Assembly: GCA_028023455.1 (NCBI GenBank)
Contig: JAQFVV010000002.1
Location: 24,304,001-24,368,000 of the forward strand
Reading direction: 5' to 3'
DNA length: 64,000 bases
From: Epiperipatus broadwayi
Taxonomy: Eukaryota > Animalia > Onychophora
Part shown: piece by piece, positions 52,721-64,000 of the stretch
Layout: each line of letters starts with the position of its first letter
How positions within the stretch are numbered: the stretch's first letter is position 1
The notes under the pieces: generated by a model
What the model saw: the letters and a program-made list of their open reading frames with translations, nothing else
Told to the model about the DNA's origin: nothing
Databases searched by the model: none
Translations under genes and position numbers: made by a program

Positions 52721-54199
52721 AGCTTAAAATTTACACAAGTGGCAGCTTAAACATGTTCAAACATGAATGTTCAATACTCGTGTGATTTTGATACTTAGGT
52801 CACAGGTGACACCACATGGCCATTCTGCAAATTAGATTGTCACACCTCAATGGTTAGATTATTATGAGATATCCAAAAACACATATTTTGGGCAAATTAA
52901 TTTTAGATAACTACTTTATAGCATGCAGATATATTTTATAGAGGATGGTAAATCATAAATCAATAATAAGACTTACAAAATATAGAGCATGAGAAAGAAG
53001 ATTTAAAAATCATTTATTTCTTCTTTATCCAGACTTACAAATATTTTTACTTCTTGAATGCAATGTAAGCCAGGATATCTAAGTAATATGCACCAAGCCA
53101 GACTCTTCCCTCCACTACAAGTAAGCCCATGGTAGCCAACACATTGAAAATTTAAATCCTGACATGAGATATTAATTACTAATTGTAGTAAAAATACTTG
53201 ACCTTAATAATTATTACTTGTGTCTTAAAAATTATAAAATTAGATATGTAATCATATGAATAGATGAATTGAAATGTCTGAATTGAAATGAGAAGCAATA
53301 ATAAACAATGAATTTATTTACTTAAATATAACTAATATAATATAAATAACAATAAACAAATACAGTAATAAATAACTGAATACTTGGTATATGCATAATT
53401 CATAATTTAGCTATGCATGTTTTCTATTGGTTTTACCACAAATTAATAAATAAAATAATTATTTATGTAAAATAAAGTGATTTAAATAAAAAAAATTTCA
53501 TAATCCTAACCTTACTACATGGATTAACTTCAGGATGAAGACATGCATATTGATTCATATATTTTAATCACTCCTCAATTAAGCTATATCTTCTCTATAA
53601 TATATTACTTATAAACGTATTATTTATAAAGCTGGGCAGAGATATTGTTATAAGCTTTAAAATATACATTGTTTTCTTTTTAAAAAACACTTGCATTACA
53701 AATTAAAATGTTCTCCCTGATATCAATATTCTTACAAAATAAATGCAAATAAATTATAAAGATCAAATGTGTAAATGATTGTTTCGAGTATATTAAACTT
53801 GTTTATTAATTGGCATCATCTTTATGTATGACTCTTCTTAAATGCATTCATTTTGATATAATCTAGGATAAATATTAATGATTAATTCTTACTCATTTTT
53901 TATTAAACTAAAAGTTGTTATTTTCTGTCCAGATATAAACTTTAAACCCAGTTAAAGATTAATAAATCACATATTAAATTTTATCATGATTATATGCTTT
54001 CCTTTTTTTCGCGATCATGCATGGTTTCTTCAATTTGTAATGGATTTTTAAAATTCAACACAATCTTTAATTAAACTTATGAATGGAGTTTATTTCCTTT
54101 TAATATATACCTTTATCCATATGCTTTAAGAAAAGTTTTGAATTTAGAAGTTTCATTTCATATTAAATGTACACTGAGATGGATTGGCTTCAATGCACA

Positions 54200-54740
54200 T
54201 AATGCAGTGTGTGCGTGTAAATTATTAAAACTTGAAAGAAAAAAAATAATCACAAACAAAATTTGCATATAATAATTTAAAATAAAATCTCAAATGGCTT
54301 AAATATTGAGTGAGAAAAAACATCATAGAATTAAACTTGGTTGGAGTGCTTTTAGTAGAAACAACTTAATATTAAAAGGAAATATGCCTATGTATTTAAA
54401 AGGGAAGGTTTTTAATAAATGTGCTTTACAAGTTCTTACTTATGGATCTAAGACTTGGACAGTTAATAGAAGAGCAATACAGAGACTTCAGACCACTCAA
54501 AGAAGTATAGAGATATGTATGTTAGGAGTAACAAGAAGAGATCGAAAATGCAATATATGGGTAAGAGAACAAACAGGTGTCACTGACATCAAAACCCAGA
54601 ATGGAACCACATGTGAGATGGATGGAATAAGAAAGTATGCAGGGGTGATGTGGAAAAAAACAGGCTAGAGATGAGAGAAGATGGATGGATTGAACTTGGA
54701 GAGATCTGCATCCTGCAGTGAATTGATAATTGTTGACAAT
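54200..54740 (+). mobile_element. RTE-clade LINE 3' fragment
   Basis: RIKLGWSAF...LKGKVFNKCALQVLTYGSKTW...LQTTQRSIEICMLGVTRRDR...WVREQTGVTDI, and terminal LGEICILQ*IDN, typical of the RTE ORF C-terminus. The KWxWAGH block is deleted. Confidence 0.85.
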
Positions 54741-56479
54741 ACAAATATTTTATTAAATCTGTTGCTGATTTTAACAAAAAAATCTAAATTCTTAAAGCAA
54801 CAAAATATATATATATATATTTGGGGGTAAAACAAGTGTTTTAAGATAGTTATAGTTAAACCTATAATCTGTTGTTGTAATTAATATAAATTTAAAAAAA
54901 GAGCAGCAATAATTATCTCTTTATTAATCAAGATGGAAACTTACTTAATCTTCCTGTTTTTAAATTCCTCTACACCTACTATAAAAAATGGATTCTGATT
55001 AGAGAGAAAATATTGTAAGAGTAGAGCTTTGAAAAGAAAGATAGTTTCTAATCTCCATGTTGGTTGACTTTGACCTTACATAGAAATAAGCAACAGCTTT
55101 TCTGTGATGCATAACTCAATATGCGGGGGGGGGGGGGGTAGACTATTTACCTTGATGAAATTAATAAAATTATAGAGAAGCTGAACTGAGTTGAGAATTG
55201 CCAATGTTTATCACAGCTGTCTGATAATCAAGAGGCGAGTCTACTGTTGAGAAACTCTGGTTTTAACTTATACAAACATTATTTTCTATGTACCTAGAAA
55301 CATCGATAAAAGAAATCATCATTTCGAATATATACTATCCATGCATGAGATCTATTTTGTAAATAGAAAAATCAACAATTGGGTTAATTCTCTTTGCCAG
55401 AAAAAAGAATAAAAGTTGAAAACGAAAGAACTTTGAAGATGGCTTTCAAAGTAAAAATGTTTCTTTAGTTTCAAATTTATGAATAGTAATAACCTTATAA
55501 GGTAAAGATAATTAAAACTGCTGACTGAAATACTTTATTTTATATATGTGTTTACATATTATATATATTAGTATTTAATTACTTGTATTTTGTTAAAATA
55601 AAATATTTATTGGTTTATTAATGATTGGAACATTTTGTATTAACATAATGCATGCCTGTGTGCTTATATCATCTGCTATGTGAAATATTATTTATTTGTT
55701 TTTTTTCAAGGTATTGAAATAATCTTAAATATTTGTAAATAATCAAAATCAGAATGATTTATTTGTATTGTAGAGTAATTAACAACTTCATTGTTGTTAC
55801 TATTTTTAATCAATAAATTTTTAATTATTCAACATATTCCAATGAAATTATTTAATAATAGAATAGTTTAAATAGAATAGTTATTGATCAGAGTTCTTGT
55901 AATAGACATAATAATATGTGTTTATATATATATATTTGGGGATATCCATATAGTTCTCTAGATATAGGTAAGGTAATATAAGTCCACTCACTTTATGTTA
56001 AAAATTTTATGATGACAATAATTCATATATGGCCACTACATTCAAAGTACCAGATGGTCAGAGCATTGAAGATGATCAGCATTTATATAATAATCCCAGC
56101 ATTTTTCATATTAGCAATTAAAGATGTGCACATAGATGAAATATTAATGATTGCTTTTATAATATGCTTTAAGATGGTATGATTAGCATAAGATTTTACA
56201 GTATACCTCTTTAAATCCAGTGACAAAAGATGGCCATTGATTCTTCATGATTATTACTGATGATGCTGTGTTCATCACTCAGCTTTATTTATTATTACTT
56301 TTATTGGATTCTGATGCTGATTTCTTGCTAATGTTCGATGGCCACATTCATTTATTTTTGCTCATTTACTAATAATTCATTAAATTTATGTTTATTTGCA
56401 CCACCCCTTGATACCATTTTGTTCCTTATCATTACAATATATATAATACTTGAGTACAAGTATAATATATATACTTTAA

Positions 56480-56952
56480 GCTAGATATAATCAGAAGAGA
56501 TTTGAACCCACACTTTCAAGCTCCCTTTAATCATCCACTCCATCCTATATAACTGATACACACTACCACATGCATGTGAAAAAGATAAACAATCTCCAAT
56601 ATATGCATTCTGTGCTGAACCAGCACTCATCAGTTGCTCTGGATCATCATCTCTGACACACACATATAAGAAATGATCAGTTTAATTTTCAGGCTTCAAT
56701 CCTCTCCAAATCTTCAACCATCCACATCATTAAAAATCTGATGATGATTTATTCAAAGCTCTTGTTCGCGAATTTTTGTTATCATACCCATGTTCACTGT
56801 AAGTCATTCTGACCAACTGATGAGTGCTGGTTCAACACAAAATATGTATACTGGAGATTTCTTTTTTTCACATGATGTGGTAGTGTGCATTGGTTATATA
56901 GGATGGAGTGTATGACTAAAGTGAGCTTGAAAATCTGGGTTCAAATCCCCTC

Positions 56953-56965
<13 letters not shown>
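56480..56965. mobile_element. Head-to-head pair of H1 copies ending in (TA)n
   Basis: Minus HHR 56596-56637 and plus HHR 56813-56854; GGGTTCAAATC at both outer ends. Confidence 0.78.
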
Positions 56966-56994
<29 letters not shown>

Positions 56995-57129
56995 CCCTTT
57001 TATATGGTCTCCATAATTGTTGTATCCATTTATTTAAAAATTTTAAATGTAAGATATATTTGCTATATGATTTAATTTTATTTATAACAATCTTTTAAAA
57101 TGTAATTAAAGTAATTCATGAATATCTAT

Positions 57130-58830
57130 ATGTAAAATTTCTGATGTTTGAGAGAGACTTTCAATGGGAATGATAATGTATATGTTGGGAAACGGCCATA
57201 AGCAATATCATTAATAAATTTAATAAATAAATGTTTAAAGTTAAAGTTTTAAAAAGATAATTAAAATTAAATGCATATATTTATTTTATAAAAATTAATA
57301 TTTAATAAATGAATATAAATATTTTAATTATTAGTAATACATGATAGAAGATTAATATTTATTTTAATAATATCAATTATTATTTTAAAGTGTTATAATA
57401 TATTATTTATTTTAAAAATATTTATTTTTAAAAAATGAATTTTAGTTTATTTTTAGATTATTACAACTTGTAGCTTTTTAAAAAAACAGTTAATTAAAAT
57501 GTACACATTTGGGAGTTTTTAGTAAAGTTGCAAAGCTATTTTAAAAATTTTATAAAATTTATAAATATTATTTTCTATCATGAAATAAAAATAAAGATAA
57601 TTAATGGAAATATTAAATCTATTTTTAAAATATTCTTAAAAGCATAACAATAAAAATAGACTTAGTTTTTTATAAAAATAATCTTATAAAAGTTAAACGG
57701 AAATTAAATAAGAAAGTATATTTTAAAAAATTTAATAGATTTAAATAAATGACAAAGATTAAGTTAAGAATTTGATAATGTGATAAATAATAAATATTAA
57801 ATAATCATTATTTATTTTTAATTGTTGTAAATATTAAATAAGCTAGAAGTCAATTGTTTAATTCACAATCAAGTGGAGTTTTCTTCCATAAAAACAAGGT
57901 TCAATTGTTTGGAGGACTTGTGATTGAAATTTAAAGTAAAAGGTGCTATTAAAAATAGCTAAGTGATTATAGACGTCTTAAAATCGTTTAAAATTATAAG
58001 AGAGTAGTTTTTAAAAATATTTATAAAAGTTACCGATAAATATGAGTTTAATTTATTATGTTCCTATTGATCGTTCCTATTGAAGTCTTTACTATCAAAT
58101 AATCATGAGGCTCATAAGGATAGAGTATTGGGACTTTATCTAAAAATTTAACAGATGAATTAACTAGGAGAGTTATTAGATCATAAAAGAATACGTTGAT
58201 TGTATAAATTTAAAATAATGGTATAATTTTATAAAATAGATATTTAAAAGAATGAGAAATACTTTTTATGAAAAAAGTTTTGTAGATTATAAATTTAAGT
58301 ATATCTGATAAAGATATGATAAGAACAGTAATTGTAATATTCCTTTAGTCTTTATGGTTAAAAGACTACATTTTAATAATTTTAAAAGGAAATAAATTAG
58401 ATTTAATGGTAAAGAAATACCTATATAATTTATTATATTATTAAGTCTGACGCTGTCGTATAGAAGACTTTAAAAGGAATCTTACCTAAATATCTTTACG
58501 AATCCAAATCAAATCTACATGGTATTCAAATCGATTAAAAAATAATTAAATCAGAACTTGTAAACTATTGACTAATACTAAAAAATAATAACTTTAAAAT
58601 AATTTTCCTTTAAAGAAGAGAATACACCTATAAACTATTCTAATTTTATTTTATGGTGGAACTGACTTTTATTTTTATTTATTTATTTTTTTTAAAAAAG
58701 AACGCTTCCATTTTTTTATAAAAACTTTTAAAGAAACTGATGTACCGGAAAAGGAAGTAGTGTTTTGGAAAATTGAGAAAAAGAACAATTATAGCTGAAG
58801 AAAACACCGTTGGATGTTGTAATATGTTTT
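57130..58830 (+). mobile_element. Highly decayed Penelope-like element
   Basis: Faint YVG(ET) motif near 57180 and NHEAHKDRVL (SxHPxxHK-like) near 58100. A degenerate HHR CTGAAGA A AACACC gttg GATGTT GTAA lies at 58795-58822. Confidence 0.3.
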
Positions 58831-61800
58831 TTATTAACTAACATAAATATTTAATTAATTATTATTTATTAAAGATAGAAAGGTATTTACATTTTTAAAT
58901 AATAACTAAATATAATATAATTTTTTTATCATAAGTTTATTTTATAATTATACAACACGTAATATTTTAAAGAATAATTGTTGAGTGTAAATGTGAATTA
59001 TTTGTATAACTGAAATTTGGAAGACATTGGACGACTGGACATTGAAGTATCACTTATGTAAAATGGTAATAATAATAATAATTTGATGTATTTACTATGT
59101 TTTCTTTAGATCAACCAAATGTTATATGATATGATGATGTATTATGTTTAAATAATATACCGCAAGATGAATAATAGCAGTTTTATTTTAATATGCATAT
59201 TTTAAATTGATGATATAAATTTAGTACAACGTAATATGAAAACCTAGAAATAATTATATGATTCTTTCGTGAATAAATTTTAATGTTTCTGTTACAATAT
59301 TAGGAATTAGATTTTTTATTAGCGTAAGTTATTTTTCTTTTTCAAGTTAATAAGAAGTATAGAAAGTCTATATTTTTATTTTTATTAGATAAGTGAGTTA
59401 ATTTACATAGAAATTTATATTTGATTGAAGGCTTATTGTATATAGAGGATGAGGTATAAGAGAGTTTGGATCGTTATTATTTTGTTTTAAAATTGGTTAT
59501 TTGTTTTTCGGAAATTAAATAAGGTTAAAATGACTTTTGTAGATAGAAGTTTATTAGGAAGAAATAGGAATAACAAGTAAAAGTGTAATATTTTGAAATG
59601 GAAAAGAATCATAGAATTTTATTTAACATAATACTTTGTCAAATTTGAAATTGTTGAATAATTTTAAATATTATTTTTTTAAAAGTACATATACGTATTG
59701 CATATTTTAATAAGACATGTAGTATGACATTATATCGGAATGAAATAAACAGTGATAGTCAATAATTGTTATTATACTACAAAGTTATATCAGTTTATAC
59801 ATTAATTAATATTTGAGTCATACTGATAATAAATGTAATACAGCCTTATACATTATAATATAAATAACAGTAAGAATTAAGTGAAATAGCATTTTTAATT
59901 ATTAAAGTTTGTTTATTTACATACATGCTACATGAATGATACCTTACATAAAACCTTTTTCTTATATTAATTGATAACAAACGATGTTTATTAAAATTAA
60001 AGTCATAAACTTAATTAAATGTGATTGATAGAACATTTAATAAGTGTATAAATTATCTACTTATGGTTATGGAAATAATAACAGTGTAAAAATCTTGTAT
60101 TATTATTTTTCTTATTTTTTGTTTATTTTCTTTGGTTCCATTTGTAAATGTAAATAGTGTAAATAAGTTACTTGTTAAAGTTAATGTAAATAAATTTGTT
60201 AAGTTGTTTAAAAGATGTGTTGAATTCATTATTTTACACCACAGCATTTGACAACAGATAATTTGAATGTACATAATATTTGCACAATATGAATTTATTA
60301 TTTTATTATTTGAGAAAGAAACACAATATTTTATTAATATAATTTATAGAAATTGATTGACACTAACATATAATATTACAATGGTCATAAAGTAATTATA
60401 ATGCACAATATAAGAGTATAAGATTATTTATTGCCACAAATTGTTAAATTATAAGATTTTGGTCTATTTTAAAAATTAAGATACTATATGGAAATGAAAG
60501 ACAGGTATATGATTTTACTTATTTTCTTAATGATTAAAAGTATAATCCAATAGATAAGATTAAGATATACCCTAAAGATTATTATTGTTAGTGATTAGTA
60601 TTAGAATAAGTTAGGTGTATTTAGGTTTGATATTAAATCCCTTATCATTCCTATCTACATGAATTATTATTACTTTAAGATAATTAGAAGAACCTGAGAT
60701 CATTTAATTATATTTCCTTAATAAAAGTTTGAGATTTATTTATTTATTATTATTAAAGATAATTCATTTATAAAAGTCATAAGAATGCAGTAGAGTTAGT
60801 AATGAGATAATAAAGAAGTAATAGTATTCTTATGCCATTGAGACAGTGTCTTGGAAAGACATTGATTCAATGTAAATCTGATTACCAATTGTAACTTCAC
60901 TTCATAGTCTCATGATTTTAATTAAATACTTATTTAATTAGTACATAATATTGAACTATATTAAATTTTGATAAATTTGTAATAAATCTGATAAGTTATA
61001 ATATTATAAAATACATTAAAGATAATTGTACATATTTTAGCCGAGCATAATGATTTAATTGAGCTAGTCTTATTTTAAATTATATCATATATCGAGAAGT
61101 GAGGGTACAATATATATATGCAGAGACACATTGTAAGAATAAATTATAATATATGTATATACTGTAGATAATTATCAACTATTATTGGTAATAAATTTTG
61201 ATATAAAATATGTATTTCTTTGCTAAGCCAGGCTTCACAATCTAGGCATGTAAATCAAAGTTTTAATAAAAAAATGAATTCTATTTTTGAATCTTTATAT
61301 AAATACAAGGGACTCACATTTCCATTTAATTCATATCCATAATATAATGCATAGCATTCTGTCAATCATAGACATCACATCTCTCTAGAGATATTTGGAT
61401 TCTAAATGAAATCATATTAAATGACTTCAGAAAAATATTTGTACTATCAATCATCTCTATAATGATCAAGTTCATTTCATTCAAGTCAATAAATTTTATA
61501 ACTTGCTGGATACATACATGTCATAGAGGAATCATTATGCAATAAAGATCCCACGACTCCAGACTTTTATTTTTGGAATTAATTTAGAGACAAAAGATTA
61601 GATAAAATTTTTTGACATTTTAGAAAAGTTATTGCAAATCAAATAAAAGAACATATTTTAATCATGAATTATATTTTCCATAGTATTGCATTTTCATATA
61701 TATATACAAAGTGAATTATAATTATGGCATTGTTGAGTCATTACAAAATATAACAGCTGCTTGAAAAGTACATGTAGATAATAATTCTGATAAACAGAGA

Positions 61801-62107
61801 TTCACAAGATTGATAGAGCACTGTACAATGAACATCTTTTCTCATCAAATTAAAATTTGTAAAAACCCTAGAATGACAATATAAAGCTTAATTATAAATT
61901 CAGTTCCCTTATCTATTTTTATTTCTAATCATGAAAATATTGCACTTGCAATAATTTTAACTGAGTCATAAAACCAACTTTTAAAACAGGACTAATGTTG
62001 ATGCCAAAAAGAAATAATTTAAAAGAAAAAATATGGTAATAAGAGAAATCTAAATTTTAAACATGGAAGGGCTAAAAATTAAGAATTAACAAGTATTCTA
62101 ATAAGCT

Positions 62108-62509
62108 AAAATAGGCAAAACTCTCTCCATACAGTAGTGCCACTCAAAGTAAGACAGAGTAATCAATGGATGCCAGAAGGCTTGTGCATAAAATCCCCAT
62201 CTAGTGCCTACTCTTCCAATATCCCCAAACTAGTTTCTGGCTTGTGGCTTTCGTGAGTGCCTATTCATCCAATATCCCCAAATTAGTTTCTGGATTATGG
62301 CCTTCATCAGTGAGGAGCTTAAGATCTAGATGCAGTACTCTCAGATCCAAGGCTCCTCATTGACAAAGGCCACAAGCCAGAAACTAGTTTGGGGATATAG
62401 GATGGGTAGGCACTAGATAGGGATTTTATGCACAAGCCTTCTGGCATCCATTGATTACTCTGTCTTGCTTTGAGTGGCACTACTGTATGGAGAGAGTTTT
62501 GACTATTTT
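62108..62509. mobile_element. ~400-bp palindromic H2 element with HHRs on both strands
   Basis: Arms are near reverse complements. Minus HHR 62275-62316, a partial tandem minus copy 62222-62254, and plus HHR 62354-62395. Confidence 0.85.
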
Positions 62510-62979
62510 AACAACAGATATGAGAAAACATGTGAGATAGTGATCATGTGATGTTTAAAGATTTAATTCTGATAAGCATCACTGGTTGATTTAAGTAAAG
62601 GTATCTAAAAATATTTAGTTTTTCTTCTATAATATGAATATTTTTATTAGACTTTTTTTTTTTAATATTTTTGTACTGTACAAATATTATTTTTAATCAT
62701 GAGTAAAAAAAAAACAAACAATCAAAAATATGATCAGTACTAAAATGAAAAATAGATTTCTAAAGTCAGAGTAAAACGGTTAGCAATTTGCAATTTAAGC
62801 TCTGAATGCAGTATGACCAAATCATTGACCAATATCACTTTTAAAAAATTTAGGAAAAATTAAAAAGTGCATAGATAATGAAAGAGATTTCTAAATCAAG
62901 CACCTTATATGATAATGTTAAGGGATAAATAGAAACTCTTTTGTAATATTTAAATACAAGTATACTGTCTGTACCGAAC

Positions 62980-63300
62980 TTAATATAATTAGAAAAGATT
63001 TGAACTCATATTTTCAGAAGCTCCCTTACAGGTATTGACTCCATCCTATATAATTGATACACATGAGACTACATACATGTGAAAAAGAAATGTATCACCA
63101 ATATACATATTTTGTGCTGAACCAGCATCCATTAATTGATCTAGATCATCACCTCCACACACACACATATATATATATAATCAGTGCTCAATTTATATTA
63201 AGATAGTAATTCATCAAATTTTAATGGACAGGGGTCATTCTTCTCTGCCCTCCAATTCTCAGCTATCCATATCATTGAAAATCTGATGAAAAAAATAAAC
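62980..63300 (-). mobile_element. H1 family copy with extended upstream sequence
   Basis: Degenerate HHR at 63098-63139; shares upstream segments with 21361-21410 and 56720-56745. Confidence 0.72.
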
Positions 63301-63699
63301 ATTTTGTTAATTCACATATTCTGAATGCTCAACTACTTCACACCCAATCTCATTACTATTTGAGATTAATGGTTTTTCTTTGAAAAGTTAACCTTGATAA
63401 TGGCAGATGCTATTTTGTCTAAACATTGGTAAACAAAAATAACATCCAGTTTAACCCATAACCCACAAACTACTTTATTTATATATATATTATTTAACCT
63501 CCACCCCATAAAAATATATATTGACTAAAATGATAATAACGATGAAGTAGAAAACAATTTCAGTTTCCTATTTGACAATTTGAACCATGCATATATAATA
63601 ATATATAAAGAACTAATTAACCCGCCACAATTTATACTTAAATTTACTAATAAACACATAATTCACAAAGATTTAACTTTTATTTGGAGCCAAAATATT

Positions 63700-63918
63700 T
63701 GTATTTTTTAATTAAAATCAATCTCGAGATTCTTCATACCATTGTCTTTTTAGCCCCAAAAAGGTTTTTTTTTTACAAATATAGATTCAATATGTTCTCT
63801 ATGTTACAAGGAAGAAGAAACTATGGAGCACTTCCTTAATAATTGTCCAGCATTACAAACTCAACAAAACATAATAATTTCAGTACTAGGCCTTAAAACC
63901 CTTCTCTCACTTATTTAA
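63700..63918 (+). mobile_element. L1/Tx1-like ORF2 C-terminal zinc-finger remnant
   Basis: DSICSLCYKEEETMEHFLNNCP (63784 onward), stop at 63916-63918. Confidence 0.7.
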
Positions 63919-64000
63919 TAAGCAGTATAAGTAGAAGGATTTCCCTTAATATATAAATAACTACATTTATACTTTTTACCCTATGGTTTCTGAGCTGTCA

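Noticed and set aside
53038-53160. Open 40-codon minus frame between splice-like sites
   Set aside because: Not RPC1-like, weak acceptor, plausible by chance.
62108-62509. Kolobok/piggyBac MITE reading of the H2/H3 palindromes because of TTAA-like flanks
   Set aside because: The arms contain hammerhead motifs and also occur as single unpaired tails (17084-17180), which fits retroelement pLTRs better; the TTAA flanks are inconsistent.

Overview
Very AT-rich, repeat-laden animal genomic DNA; it looks invertebrate, but the species cannot be assigned from sequence. Most ORFs in the supplied track are noise from low-complexity sequence. The only clear host coding sequence is one 69-nt minus-strand exon of the RNA polymerase III largest subunit (POLR3A/RPC1, [23 protein letters not shown], 44411-44479); I found no neighbouring exons. 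The rest is mobile-element debris: two decayed Penelope-like elements (PLEs), four L1/Tx1-type fragments, an RTE fragment, mariner and Merlin transposase remnants, three hAT MITEs, nine copies of a tRNA-only poly(A) SINE, small foldback MITEs and microsatellites. The most striking unannotated signal is at least four distinct repeat families carrying minimal type-I hammerhead ribozyme (HHR) motifs. These recur as head-to-head palindromes that place HHR sequence on both strands. All calls are by eye; no searches or folding were run.
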